Shown here: positions 19,235 to 29,511 of the stretch, piece after piece
Layout of the letters: each line of letters starts with the position of its first letter
How positions within the stretch are numbered: position 1 is the stretch's first letter
IMG/VR virus record: IMGVR_UViG_3300035034_002798
Coordinates: 1-64,000 of that record
Strand: one strand, 5' to 3'
Source: a virus
DNA: 64,000 nt
Made by a program: the position numbers and the translations under genes
Notes under the pieces: generated by a model
What the model saw: only the letters and a program-made list of their open reading frames with translations
Told to the model about the DNA's origin: nothing
The model's database searches: none

Positions 19235-19967
19235 TAATGTAATTTTCTCCTTCTGCTCTTGCTATAAGCTCATCTATTACTATTATCTTTAAGTCGCGGC
19301 GACCAAACTTTCTGGCCCAGTCTAAATCTGGATGATAAATATCTATTCTTTTACCCTGTATGTGCTTATAGGTACCATTGGATATTCTAGAGTTATCTCT
19401 TTTTCCTGTATCTTCAACAATAAAGAATCCGTTATTAGGTTTATCTGAAAACTCAGGAATATAAACTCTGGTTCCAATCGGTAAGACATTCGGATCAGCA
19501 GCTATGGTGTGCCATCTCTTAACCTCTTTCCCACTTTTAGTAATTCCATAAGCTGGGTGGCCAGGAGTTTTACCTGTTGATTCTGCCCCAGCTGTATAGG
19601 CAGTAGCCGTAAAGCTGTGAGTGGCAAGTGGTACTTGTTTTAGTATTGTTTCTATATTATAATTTAATATGGATTGTGTTTCTTTCAATCGAGAACTGGT
19701 TACTGCTAGGTCTGAACTAGCAGCGGCCAGTTCTTCTTTTAATGTACTGTTTTCTCTAATTGAGGCCTGATATTCTTCCTTCAATGTGTCATATCTGAAA
19801 GTAATATCAGCAACCTTATCCAAGAAAAAGCCGGTTATAGGTAATGAAACACCGAATATCACAAAAACCAGTAAAAGAAATAGAAAATTACTTATATTTA
19901 TACTGTAAGTATCATCATTCCTATTCAGAAGTCTACCAAATAGGGTATTCTCATATATATACTCCAT
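19218..19967 (-). CDS. membrane-anchored 3D-domain cell wall protein
   Basis: ATAYT, YGITKSG, IAADP.VLPIGT, EDTG, IDIY; N-terminal TM and coiled coil. Confidence 0.88.
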   Translation of the reverse strand: MEYIYENTLFGRLLNRNDDTYSINISNFLFLLLVFVIFGVSLPITGFFLDKVADITFRYDTLKEEYQASIRENSTLKEELAAASSDLAVTSSRLKETQSILNYNIETILKQVPLATHSFTATAYTAGAESTGKTPGHPAYGITKSGKEVKRWHTIAADPNVLPIGTRVYIPEFSDKPNNGFFIVEDTGKRDNSRISNGTYKHIQGKRIDIYHPDLDWARKFGRRDLKIIVIDELIARAEGENYINANNL

Positions 19968-19969
19968 TT

Positions 19970-21886
19970 CTAGGCCCCCTTAGATACTGAACTCTCGAAA
20001 TACTGTTCTTCCTTAAAGACACCAGGGTCTATTTCTTTTAAAAACTGTGATGGAGCTCTAAATACATGATTACCATATAAAAGTCGGCGGCGAGTGTAAG
20101 TCAAATGAAGTTCTTTTTCTGCTCTTGTAAGAGCAACGTAAGCTAGACGCCTCTCTTCATCTAAATCGCCTTCTTCCATACTCCTATCATGAGGGAAGAT
20201 TCCCTGCTCCATTCCAATTACAAATACTACTGGAAATTCTAAACCCTTTGCCGTATGAATGGTCATCATCTTTACACTGTTTTCATCATCTTCTATATTA
20301 TCTATATCACTTACTAAACTCATATTCTGTAGAAAACCTAAAACACTTGGGTCCTGTTCGTTCTGATCGTAGTCTTCAGCAACTTCTATTAGCTGATCTA
20401 CTCTGCCTACAGCTTTTGAGTCTAACTTTTCTTTATAATCAGTTACCTCAACTATTTTTTCTACAGTATCTTTTACTGTGCTCTCTTCTGAGACTGTTTT
20501 TAATACATCTACAAAAGATTTAACAGCATTTTTTGCCCTTGTACTGAGTGATCCAACTAAATTATAGGAAAATACCGCGCCCATCAGCCCAACTTCTTCA
20601 TGAATACCGTATTCTTCAAGCTTTTCTAAAGTTTTATCGCCTATACCTCTGGTCGGAGTATTGATAATACGTCTTAGGCTGATATTATCTTTAGGATTTG
20701 CTATAACCTTAAGATATGCAACCAGATCTTTAATCTCTTTACGGTCGAAAAAGTCAAAACCTTTAACAATTTCATAAGGGATTTGGTTTTTGATAAACTC
20801 TTTTTCTATTTTCTCAGTTAGGGCATTCAACCTGTATAAGATAGCAATATCTTCGAATTTATAATCGGTTGATCTAACTAAGTGTTTTATTTCTTCTGTA
20901 ATGTGCCATGCCTCGTGCTTTGGATCATCGCATTCTACTAGAGAGATAGGTTCTCCTGGATCTGATTCAGTCCATAACCTTTTGGGCTGTCTTTCTGGGT
21001 TCTGCTCAATTAAAGTATTGGCTGCATGGAGAATCGTATCTGTTGAACGATAGTTTTGTTCAAGCTTATACACCTGAGAATTATTATAGTCTTTTGCAAA
21101 TGATAAAATATTACTGACATCTGCTCCGCGAAACCCATAGATACTCTGGTCTGAATCTCCAACTACAAATACTTTAGCATTAGAACCTGTTATCTCTCTT
21201 AAAAACTCGTATTGAGCCTGGTTTGTGTCCTGATATTCGTCAACAAGTATATGCTGGAACCTTTTGTGAAGGCCCTGCTTTAAATCGGGATTTCTCTGAA
21301 TCATTGTAGCAGTATTTTTTATTAAATCACCGAAGTCCATCTTGTTTTCGAAGTGCAGCTCTTCCTGGTATTCATAAAATACTCTTACTGGAGGGTAATC
21401 TGAGCTATCTGTTTCTTCTTCCAGCTCTCTTGGCCCCTTCATCGAGCTTTTTAGAAAACTAAAGTATGAAGCCATCTCAGAAGCATCAAGTCTATCTTTA
21501 TAACCTAAATCTTTAATGATATTTCTAATCATCTTGACCTGGTCGTTTCTATCACATATCGTAAAATTATCTTCATAACCTAAAAGCTCTGCATTAGGCC
21601 TAAGTAACTGAATACATACACTATGGAATGTACCTGCCATTATATTCTTACCAACATCGCCCACAAGTTCAGTAACTCTTTCTTTCATTTCATTTGCCGC
21701 CTTGTTGGTAAATGTAAGTAGCATTATGTTATCTGGGTGCACTCCTGTATCTAATAAGTGGGCAACACGATAAGTCAGTACTCTTGTTTTACCACTACCC
21801 GCGCCGGCAATTACAAGTGAATGACCACCATCGTGATAGACAGCATCCATCTGTTGCTGATTCAGCCCGTTAAGCATATTTGGCAT
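19970..21886 (-). CDS. pcrA: UvrD/PcrA superfamily 1 DNA helicase
   Basis: AGAGSGKT, TFTNKAA, VDEYQDTN, VGDSDQSIYGFRGA, QNYRS, HTAKGLEF, EERRLAYVALTRA. Confidence 0.95.
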   Translation of the reverse strand: MPNMLNGLNQQQMDAVYHDGGHSLVIAGAGSGKTRVLTYRVAHLLDTGVHPDNIMLLTFTNKAANEMKERVTELVGDVGKNIMAGTFHSVCIQLLRPNAELLGYEDNFTICDRNDQVKMIRNIIKDLGYKDRLDASEMASYFSFLKSSMKGPRELEEETDSSDYPPVRVFYEYQEELHFENKMDFGDLIKNTATMIQRNPDLKQGLHKRFQHILVDEYQDTNQAQYEFLREITGSNAKVFVVGDSDQSIYGFRGADVSNILSFAKDYNNSQVYKLEQNYRSTDTILHAANTLIEQNPERQPKRLWTESDPGEPISLVECDDPKHEAWHITEEIKHLVRSTDYKFEDIAILYRLNALTEKIEKEFIKNQIPYEIVKGFDFFDRKEIKDLVAYLKVIANPKDNISLRRIINTPTRGIGDKTLEKLEEYGIHEEVGLMGAVFSYNLVGSLSTRAKNAVKSFVDVLKTVSEESTVKDTVEKIVEVTDYKEKLDSKAVGRVDQLIEVAEDYDQNEQDPSVLGFLQNMSLVSDIDNIEDDENSVKMMTIHTAKGLEFPVVFVIGMEQGIFPHDRSMEEGDLDEERRLAYVALTRAEKELHLTYTRRRLLYGNHVFRAPSQFLKEIDPGVFKEEQYFESSVSKGA

Positions 21887-22124
21887 CTAAATCATCTCCT
21901 ATATCTATTTTTAAATAGCACTGCATAAAACATTTACTTACTGGCCTTATGCCCTGCTTAAAACATTCTTTAATATCAGTAGATGAAACATAAGTCTCAT
22001 CCTCTAAAATTATTTCTCCTGTTAGTACCGAGTCTTTCCTATTTGTTATGTTGAACTCCCAACTGCTATCTACTCTATCTAGATTGGATATTGCTTTTTG
22101 AGATTCTATATCTGTGTTCCTCAT
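21870..22124 (-). CDS. hypothetical protein
   Basis: ORF with AGGAG SD. Confidence 0.5.
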   Translation of the reverse strand: MRNTDIESQKAISNLDRVDSSWEFNITNRKDSVLTGEIILEDETYVSSTDIKECFKQGIRPVSKCFMQCYLKIDIGDDLDAKYA

Positions 22125-22134
22125 ATAAGCACTC

Positions 22135-22458
22135 CTATTTATTATATTGATAATTACAATAGTGTCTTTTTCTCCTCTTTGAGTTCATCACAACCATGTG
22201 ATCGCAATCTTTACAACTATCTACATCACTTAATTCTCTGCCAAATATTGATTTTCTTCCAGTAAACATCGGTATCTTTGAACTGGCAAACATCAAATTT
22301 CCGCCCATAGGGACTAGAGATTCATCATAATCTGGATATTTCACTTCTAAAAGATACTTACAAATTAAAGGCTCAGGAGAAGGCATATTAAGAGGCCTCC
22401 TTTGAACCTTTAAGAAAGTCTTCAAGAGTTTTACTAGAATCTCTGTATCTTTCTGCAA
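22135..22458 (-). CDS. hypothetical Cys-containing protein (start uncertain, possibly MPSPEP)
   Basis: ORF filling gap; CKDC motif. Confidence 0.45.
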   Translation of the reverse strand: MQKDTEILVKLLKTFLKVQRRPLNMPSPEPLICKYLLEVKYPDYDESLVPMGGNLMFASSKIPMFTGRKSIFGRELSDVDSCKDCDHMVVMNSKRRKRHYCNYQYNK

Positions 22459-23005
22459 GATTGACTATTTCTCCCCACGACATACCCTCAAATCTTCTAT
22501 AAAATGTGCTTACGGAAGGAAAGCCCTGGCATTTTGTCTTCCATTCTTCAGAACTTGGAATAAAATCGAAAACATCTCTTGCATAAATTATATAATCCAG
22601 TAACTCTTCTTTAGAATAAGAACAATAACTTGGTCTTGGGTCTATTCCTGCTGCCTTGTATGTCTCCTCCATGCTTCCAAATTGTTTTCTAAATGTGGAA
22701 GGAGAGGGGGTGTAGGAATCATATCTGATATCTTTATTAGAAGGTGACCTACCCAATCTATCGGCTAAATCACGTATATATACAATTAATTCTTCTTTAT
22801 TATATTTAACTCTTGCAGTATTAACCTGTGGAATATCAGCCTGTTCAAGAGCATTAGACCAGGTACCAAAATGATTAAGAAAAGTCTGAGCTGAAGGATA
22901 GTCTGGATTTCTACTGATTGCGGTGGTTGTGGGTGTTTCCTTGTATAGCTCATAGTATTGCTGTAACATCTCTATTAAATCTATCTTTTTATATCCTTTA
23001 CCCAT
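22388..23005 (-). CDS. homing-endonuclease-associated repeat protein (three repeats, no nuclease domain seen)
   Basis: Three repeats of Y(S/N)KEEL...P.......PS..TF...FG.W. Confidence 0.75.
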   Translation of the reverse strand: MGKGYKKIDLIEMLQQYYELYKETPTTTAISRNPDYPSAQTFLNHFGTWSNALEQADIPQVNTARVKYNKEELIVYIRDLADRLGRSPSNKDIRYDSYTPSPSTFRKQFGSMEETYKAAGIDPRPSYCSYSKEELLDYIIYARDVFDFIPSSEEWKTKCQGFPSVSTFYRRFEGMSWGEIVNLAERYRDSSKTLEDFLKGSKEAS

Positions 23006-23020
23006 TTAATCCACCTCCGT

Positions 23021-24040
23021 TTAACCTGCTTTTTCCAGTTCCTCTTCATCATCATTGTCATCGTCTGTTCCATTATTTATTTTATCTTTAATTTCTTCAA
23101 ATACTTCCTCGTTAAGTCTTAGGTATTCAGAAAAGTTATCTCTACCCTGTTGTTTATGCTCTAAGCCCTCGTCATCTTCATAAGAGTACCAGGCACCATT
23201 TAATTGGATAATTTCCTTTTCTGTACCAACATCTATCAATTCTGCCACATTATCGATAGCTCTTTCATCATAAAATAGGTTGAATTCAGCTATTCTATAT
23301 GGAGCTGCAACCTTATTTTTAGTAACCTTACATTTAACCGGGTGGCCAACTTCAACCTTATCGAATTTAATTGGCTTTAATCCTCTAACTTTAATTCTAA
23401 TTGTTGAATAAAACTTAAGCGCACGTCCCCCGGGAGTAGTTTCTGGATTGCCAAACATTACACCAACCTTTTCTCTGATCTGATTTATCCAGATTACAAG
23501 GCAGTTATTTTTGGCCATAGCACCAGTAAGTTTTCTCATCGCTTTAGACATTAGTCTTGCCTGTAAAGCCATCTGCTGATCTTCCATTTCCCCTTCTAAT
23601 TCTGCCGCTGGAGCCATAGAAGCAACCGAGTCAACAACTAATACACTAACCTCACCAGAACGGATGAAAGCTTCTATTATATTAAGAGAGATTTCTCCAC
23701 CTTCAACTTGTACTAAATCTAATTCTTCATTATTTACGCCTAATTGAGCTGCTCTTTCCTTGTCATAAACTCTTTCATTATCTGCATAAACACAATGTAA
23801 CCCCATTTTCTGTGCCTGTGCCACAATCGACATTGCAACTGTTGACTTTCCTCCACCCTGGTTACCATATAATTCAACCGATCTTCCGAGTGGTAATCCA
23901 CCTACACCAGTTGCCTGATCTAATAAAAGACTTCCTGTTGGGATAATTATATTGTCTTCTATTTCATCTGCTGTTTTAATGGCGCCATCATATTTTTTAT
24001 TAATACTTTTTCTTAGTTTATCTAGTTTAGATTTAGACAT
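23021..24040 (-). CDS. recA: recombinase RecA
   Basis: TGSLLLD.A.G.GGLP.GR, GGKST, VVDSVA, QARLMSKAMRKL, INQIREKVGVMFGNPETTPGGRALKFY. Confidence 0.97.
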   Translation of the reverse strand: MSKSKLDKLRKSINKKYDGAIKTADEIEDNIIIPTGSLLLDQATGVGGLPLGRSVELYGNQGGGKSTVAMSIVAQAQKMGLHCVYADNERVYDKERAAQLGVNNEELDLVQVEGGEISLNIIEAFIRSGEVSVLVVDSVASMAPAAELEGEMEDQQMALQARLMSKAMRKLTGAMAKNNCLVIWINQIREKVGVMFGNPETTPGGRALKFYSTIRIKVRGLKPIKFDKVEVGHPVKCKVTKNKVAAPYRIAEFNLFYDERAIDNVAELIDVGTEKEIIQLNGAWYSYEDDEGLEHKQQGRDNFSEYLRLNEEVFEEIKDKINNGTDDDNDDEEELEKAG

Positions 24041-24306
24041 TACAGCACCTCCTTTAAGGATAACTTTAAATCTAAAAGTCTTCTTCTTACTAAGGAACTT
24101 TCTTCTTTCTGTAATTCTAAAATAGCTTCTAATTCATCATAAACATCTCTAACATCAGTTATATTTTGCTTAAGAGAATAATCAGAACCGTGTCTTATTT
24201 CATCTACCTCGTCTTTTAAGAAATCTACACAATCTTTTTTAGAACTTTTGTCGCATAATGCGATCACAAAATTATGGATAGCATTTTCTAATTTTTCTTG
24301 TTCCAC
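24040..24306 (-). CDS. hypothetical protein
   Basis: AAGGAGG SD; coupled to recA. Confidence 0.6.
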   Translation of the reverse strand: MEQEKLENAIHNFVIALCDKSSKKDCVDFLKDEVDEIRHGSDYSLKQNITDVRDVYDELEAILELQKEESSLVRRRLLDLKLSLKEVL

Positions 24307-24325
24307 ATAAATCCTCCTTAGAATT

Positions 24326-24619
24326 ATAGGTCGAGCAGGATTTTAACCTGCCTACCGGTTACCCTCGTCTTATTAATTACGGTGGGGCGGCGTTTCCCAC
24401 ATCTCTTTTTATAACCTTAATCTAATTGCTATCATAAAAGTTAATGTTGATTTATTTCAGTGCTTACCAAAAGAATAAGGTAGTGATAGTTGCCCGTTCT
24501 ATCCTCGTAGTTAATTAGACTTCGGATTTTGTATTTACATTCCGACCATTAGTAAAAATGAGAGGGAGGTTTCCTATTGCAGTTAAGAAAGAGCCGGCTA
24601 AAGCTCGACTACCTCCCCC
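24326..24619 (-). ncRNA. candidate structured ncRNA with tRNA-like 3' end
   Basis: ORF-free gap; 3' T-arm-like GCAGG-TTAAAAT-CCTGC then TCGACCTA; long helix GTCTAATTAACTACG/CGTAATTAATAAGAC. Confidence 0.5.
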
Positions 24620-24641
24620 GAAAATCTATTTAAATAATGTA

Positions 24642-24664
24642 CAGGGAGCCCTCAAAGCTCCCTG
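24642..24664 (-). terminator. hairpin downstream of ssb, probable terminator
   Basis: CAGGGAGC/GCTCCCTG stem. Confidence 0.55.
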
Positions 24665-24679
24665 GTTAATTATTCGTGA

Positions 24680-25135
24680 TTAAAATGGAACATCTACATT
24701 ATTTTGGTTGGGATTAGAGTTCTGGTTGTAGTTTCCTTGATTATTGTTCTGCTGATTGTTGCGCTGGTTGTTATTGCGTTGATTGTTCTGCTGATTATTG
24801 TTCTTCCCACTATTTTTAGCAGAATCTAAAAACTCAACGTTATTTGCTCTTACTTCAATCCAGGTCTTTTTATCTCCACTTCTGTCGTTATAGGAGTCTA
24901 CTCTGATTGCACCATTTACTGCCACTTTACGTCCTTTATTCAGATACTGATTTACTGTGCCTGCAAGTTTCCCCCAGCATACAATAGGTACAAAATCTGT
25001 ACCCTGTTCTCCATTAGAGTCAGTGTACGGTCTATCTGCCGCCAGTCTGAAATTGGCCTTTGGAGTGTTGTTATTTCCAACCTCCTGATATTCTGGGTCT
25101 GCTGTCAACCTACCGATTAAATTAATGTTATTCAT
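24680..25135 (-). CDS. ssb: single-stranded DNA-binding protein
   Basis: N.I.LIGRLT.DPE, DFVPIVCWGKLA, KG..VAV.G, N/Q-rich linker, DVPF tail. Confidence 0.95.
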   Translation of the reverse strand: MNNINLIGRLTADPEYQEVGNNNTPKANFRLAADRPYTDSNGEQGTDFVPIVCWGKLAGTVNQYLNKGRKVAVNGAIRVDSYNDRSGDKKTWIEVRANNVEFLDSAKNSGKNNNQQNNQRNNNQRNNQQNNNQGNYNQNSNPNQNNVDVPF

Positions 25136-25189
25136 AAATACTCATCCTTTCCTAATTTTTAATATTATTTTTGTTACAAATTTAACGCG

Positions 25190-25256
25190 ACCGCTCAGAA
25201 GGGGGATAAATCAAGTTGTTTTTTACTTGAATTATCACCCGATGAGTGGCATTAAT
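25190..25256 (+). promoter_or_regulatory. dispersed hairpin element H3 (directly upstream of ssb)
   Basis: TCAAG/CTTGA core, CCGCTCA/TGAGTGG outer stem; TTGAAT-17-CATTAA(T). Confidence 0.55.
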
Positions 25257-25506
25257 TGATTTTACTCACAAGTTTAAGTAATTCACTTTTAGAATCGATA
25301 TTCTCATAAAGACTATCAAACTGTTCTTGGTCTAATTTAATAGTCACATAATTGTAATTGAATATCATCGTAAATTCTAACTGACTTGCTTCTGGGTTGT
25401 AGAGTTCTAAGTCTATTGAGTTGTCTGTTTTTTCTGCTATATAGAATAATCCTTCTTCTATAGATCTTTCTATGTCGTTGTATGCTGCAAATAAGTAGTG
25501 TTCCAA
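25252..25506 (-). CDS. hypothetical protein
   Basis: ORF with GGAAGGA SD. Confidence 0.5.
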   Translation of the reverse strand: MEHYLFAAYNDIERSIEEGLFYIAEKTDNSIDLELYNPEASQLEFTMIFNYNYVTIKLDQEQFDSLYENIDSKSELLKLVSKIN

Positions 25507-25512
25507 AAAAGA

Positions 25513-25686
25513 TCAATCCTTCCTATTGTTGTGGTTTTTAATCATATAGTATATTTTCTTGAACAACCCCCTTAAAAAATAATCTACTTCTTCGATAACA
25601 AACATCACAAGGTGAATGATTATGCCAAACCAGAGTAGATAAAGCCAAACCGCTAAAAGAAAAAAGGCTGGTAAGATCATATACAT
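25513..25686 (-). CDS. small hydrophobic protein (57 aa, not in ORF track)
   Basis: MYMILPAFFLLAVWLYLLWFGIIIHLVMFVIEE...; GGGAGG SD. Confidence 0.55.
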   Translation of the reverse strand: MYMILPAFFLLAVWLYLLWFGIIIHLVMFVIEEVDYFLRGLFKKIYYMIKNHNNRKD

Positions 25687-25845
25687 ATTAAATTCCTCCC
25701 AATAGTAGGCGCCAAAAGTGTTTTATTTATAAAGACGACATAAATCCCCCTAAAAATCTCGTCTCTTTACATATAAGTACCTATCGGCGCCATTTGGGAA
25801 TTAATGGCGGGAATAACCCCACCACTTAAGTACTTATAATTAAGA

Positions 25846-26367
25846 TTACTCTATTTCTGACTCCAGCTGCTGCTTAACCGCTTCTCCAAACTCGATATCT
25901 TGAGTAAATCCATTTTCGATACCGTTTTCTTTGGAGATCTGAGCCTTATAAAGGTCTTTCTTTACGGCCATTAAAGTATCTTCAAGAAAATCTTGATACT
26001 TATATTCTGGAGTTAAGTCTTTGCTGTGCATTAATTCAAGTGCTTTATTATAGATTTTCTCTACATCTCTACCCATAATATCTGCAATTGTTTTATCTTC
26101 AGCATCTCCAGCGGCCTTTTTCATTAACTTACCTGTCCAGTAAGAGTTGGCTGCATTCTTAAATAGACTTTGATACGAGTCTTCAATGTCTTTAAGCTTA
26201 ACACCAGCTTTTTCTGCAACTTCTTCGAATATCTCCATTACTTCTTTTTTCTCTAAGAATAAACCCTTAACTTCATTACCCATTAACATATCTAATTCAG
26301 TCCAGGGCATTGATTCTACTAACTCACTATGTCCTTCTTTAAGTGCTTCAATCTTGTAATCTTCCAA
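25846..26367 (-). CDS. hypothetical protein
   Basis: AGGAGG SD, 173 aa. Confidence 0.6.
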   Translation of the reverse strand: MEDYKIEALKEGHSELVESMPWTELDMLMGNEVKGLFLEKKEVMEIFEEVAEKAGVKLKDIEDSYQSLFKNAANSYWTGKLMKKAAGDAEDKTIADIMGRDVEKIYNKALELMHSKDLTPEYKYQDFLEDTLMAVKKDLYKAQISKENGIENGFTQDIEFGEAVKQQLESEIE

Positions 26368-26388
26368 ATTATAGCCTCCTATTTTAGT

Positions 26389-29300
26389 TTAAAATAATGC
26401 TTTTTTGTATTCTTTAATCTCTTTTCTTGGGGTATCTTTTGTATATAATAAGATGTCATCAGCTAATATAGCCTTATCATCTTTTTTGATATCTTTTTTA
26501 CCTCGGACTATGATCAGATTATCTTTTTTACATCTATCTTTACGTTTTTCCCATAATCTAGGGAATACTACTACATCACTAAAATAAGTCTGAGTTTCTA
26601 TAGTCAAAAAGGCCATCTTATTGTTTCTTTTAGTAGTTATCTCTTTTACCTTATTGATTACACAACCTACATCGAATTGTTCTTCTCCGACTATCTCGTC
26701 CCATGGTATATGAGGCATTGAATCAAGCGGATGTCCTGTTACATAAAAACCAAGATACTCTTTTTCATAAGCAAGTCTTGTCTGCTTGTTCCACTCTGGG
26801 AATTCCATCGGTGGATCCTCGCCTCTTAGGTCATAATAGTCTCTTAATACTTCTATTCGATTAGTTTTATAGTTTCCAAACATACCAGCTCTTATCATAG
26901 CGTCGTAGACGCCCTTGTGGAGCTTTCTGTTGTCTCCTTTTTCATAGGCGTCCGCTAGGTCATCAAAAGGACGAGCGTCCTTAATAGCCTTTATAGCGGA
27001 TGCGCCGACCTGTTTAACAGATACTAAACCAAATCTTATTTTGCCGTTTTCAACTGTAAAACCAGCTGGTGATTTATTAATATCTGGTGGGAGCATTTCT
27101 ATATCCATCCTCTTAGCCTCTCCTAGATATTCGGTTACTTTATCAGTATTACCACTGTAACTTGAAAGTAAGCTGGCCATAAACTCTGCCGGGTAATGTA
27201 CTTTAAGATAACCAGTTATATAGGATAATAATGTATAGGCTGCAGAATGACTGCGGTTAAAACCATAAGAAGCAAACTCAACTATATTTTCCCAAAGGTT
27301 TTCAAGAAACTTCTTATCATAACCATTGTCTAGTCCACCATCTATGAACTTTTCTTTCTGTTCATTCATTACTTTTTCTTTCTTTTTACCTACAGCTCGA
27401 CGGAGAAGATCACTCTCACCCAGTGTGTAACCAGCAATTGTCTGTACTATTTCGAGTATTTGTTCCTGATAGAGTAAGACACCATAAGTATCTTCATAGA
27501 TAGGTTTTAAATCTTCATGCTGGTAATCTATCTTTTCATATTTCCTGTTTGCTATGGCCCTATTTTCTTTATAAGTCTTATCAAAACCATTATTTAGTGG
27601 GCCAGGTCTATTCATAGCGTTAATATCAACTAACTCATTGAATATCTTAGGATTGATAGTTTTGAGTAAACCCTTAGCTGAATTGGATGAAAACTGGAAT
27701 ACGCCAGTAGTCTCACCATTCTGGAATAACTTAAAAGTTTCTTCATCATCTAAAGGTAGATCGTAAGGTTCAATATCATCATCTATATTTTCAATAGTAT
27801 TTGCTATTACCGATAACGTCTTCAATCCCAAAAGGTCTATCTTAAGCAATCCAATCTCTTCACATATCGGATATTCAAACTGAGTTAACATCATCTCACC
27901 GTTTGGGTTTCTTTTAAGCGGTATATGATTGGTTATAGTATCTGGTGCAACTATAACTCCGGCCGCGTGGACACCGGTTTGTCTTGGTACATTCTCTACA
28001 GCTGTTGCTATATCGAATAAATCTTGATAGTCACTGTAGTATTCCTGCAGTCTGGTGTTTTCTTCATCTTCGAGTTCCTCCTGCAGTAGCTCACCAGTAC
28101 CCATTTCCTCCGTTACCTTATTTGATTCATCAAATCCCTTATCGAAAACCCTAAATACATCTTTTACAGCTGTTTTACCTAATATATAACCAAAAGTTAT
28201 TATCTGGGCAACTCTATCTTCACCGTATTTGTCTTTGATGTATTCAATTACCTCTTGTCTTCTATCATCGGGTACGTCCTGGTCGATATCTGGAGGGCTT
28301 GGCCGAGCGGGATTTAAAAACCTTTCAAATAGTAGCTTGTGTTCTATCGGGTCTATCTTAGTAATACCTAAAAGGTAACTGACAAGACTTCCTGCAGCAC
28401 TACCACGACCCGGTCCCATTAATATCCCTTTTTCTTCTTCTCCCCACTTAATAAAGTCTCTAACAATGAGGAAATAGCCGGGATAACCTTTTTCATTGAT
28501 AATATCTAACTCATATTCTAATCTTTTATAATATTTATCTGTATCTGGTATCTTATCTTGCATGTGAAAGTTCAAAAAAGCTTTATCTAAGAGCTTCCTT
28601 AACCAGCTTTTTTCTGTTTCTCCTTCTGGAACAGGTGATTCGGGGTACTTATTACCCTCAAGTTCCAGTTCTAAATTACATTGATCGGCTATCTTCTTGG
28701 TATTTTTTATAGCTTCATCTGGTATATCATATTCTTTAATTTCATCTATAGACTTTATCCAGAAGTTTTCTTCTTCCAGTCTGTATCTATCTTCATCATT
28801 CATACTCTTATGCATATTTATAGCCATCAATACTTCCTGGTTATATGCGTCTTCTTTAGTTACATAATGTGCATCAGAAGTAACAACAAGAGGAATACCA
28901 GTATCTTCACTAAGTCTTTTTATCTCTGAGTTTAAAAATTCCTGACCAGTAATTGTGTGAGGCTGCATTTCAAGATAGAATGAATCGAACATATCTCTAT
29001 ATTCTAAAGCAAGTTTCCTAGCTTCTTCATATTCATTATCTAATAGTTTTTGAGGTATTCTTCCCTGCATACAGGCACTTAAGGCTATTATTCCATCGGA
29101 GTGGTCTTCAAGAAAATCATCATCAGTTCTAGGCTTTCTAAAAAACCCATTGGCATTTGCGTCTGTGACTATCTTAAGTAAATTCTTATAGCCAGTATCG
29201 TTTTTAGCAAGTAACACTAGATGATAATTTTGGTTATTAAGCTGATCCATCCCTTTTTGAGTCTGTATATTCCTATTTTCGGTAGCATACACCTCACACC

Positions 29301-29511
29301 CTATGATAGGCTTAATCCCCGCGGCTTTACATTTCTTATAAAAAGGGACAACACCATAAAGAGCACCGTGGTCTGTTATAGCAACTGCTTCCTGTCCGAG
29401 TTCTTTTACTCTATCTATTAGATCATCTATCTTACACAAACCATCAAGCAAACTCGAAGGAGTGTGTACATGCAGGTGAACTAAATCTGACTCATTCAAT
29501 ATAATCACCAA
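26389..29511 (-). CDS. dnaE: DNA polymerase III alpha subunit
   Basis: PHP HLHVH..SLLDG, AITDHG, GRGSAAGSLV, PDIDQD, HAAGV, GFNRSHSAAY, C-terminal OB fold. Confidence 0.97.
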   Translation of the reverse strand: MVIILNESDLVHLHVHTPSSLLDGLCKIDDLIDRVKELGQEAVAITDHGALYGVVPFYKKCKAAGIKPIIGCEVYATENRNIQTQKGMDQLNNQNYHLVLLAKNDTGYKNLLKIVTDANANGFFRKPRTDDDFLEDHSDGIIALSACMQGRIPQKLLDNEYEEARKLALEYRDMFDSFYLEMQPHTITGQEFLNSEIKRLSEDTGIPLVVTSDAHYVTKEDAYNQEVLMAINMHKSMNDEDRYRLEEENFWIKSIDEIKEYDIPDEAIKNTKKIADQCNLELELEGNKYPESPVPEGETEKSWLRKLLDKAFLNFHMQDKIPDTDKYYKRLEYELDIINEKGYPGYFLIVRDFIKWGEEEKGILMGPGRGSAAGSLVSYLLGITKIDPIEHKLLFERFLNPARPSPPDIDQDVPDDRRQEVIEYIKDKYGEDRVAQIITFGYILGKTAVKDVFRVFDKGFDESNKVTEEMGTGELLQEELEDEENTRLQEYYSDYQDLFDIATAVENVPRQTGVHAAGVIVAPDTITNHIPLKRNPNGEMMLTQFEYPICEEIGLLKIDLLGLKTLSVIANTIENIDDDIEPYDLPLDDEETFKLFQNGETTGVFQFSSNSAKGLLKTINPKIFNELVDINAMNRPGPLNNGFDKTYKENRAIANRKYEKIDYQHEDLKPIYEDTYGVLLYQEQILEIVQTIAGYTLGESDLLRRAVGKKKEKVMNEQKEKFIDGGLDNGYDKKFLENLWENIVEFASYGFNRSHSAAYTLLSYITGYLKVHYPAEFMASLLSSYSGNTDKVTEYLGEAKRMDIEMLPPDINKSPAGFTVENGKIRFGLVSVKQVGASAIKAIKDARPFDDLADAYEKGDNRKLHKGVYDAMIRAGMFGNYKTNRIEVLRDYYDLRGEDPPMEFPEWNKQTRLAYEKEYLGFYVTGHPLDSMPHIPWDEIVGEEQFDVGCVINKVKEITTKRNNKMAFLTIETQTYFSDVVVFPRLWEKRKDRCKKDNLIIVRGKKDIKKDDKAILADDILLYTKDTPRKEIKEYKKALF

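Noticed and set aside
24326-24619. Canonical tRNA or tmRNA
   Set aside because: No proper D arm or anticodon loop, T-loop TTAAAAT, no G3-U70 pair, no recognisable tag peptide
23021-29511. Inteins or introns in recA and dnaE
   Set aside because: Normal lengths and uninterrupted motifs
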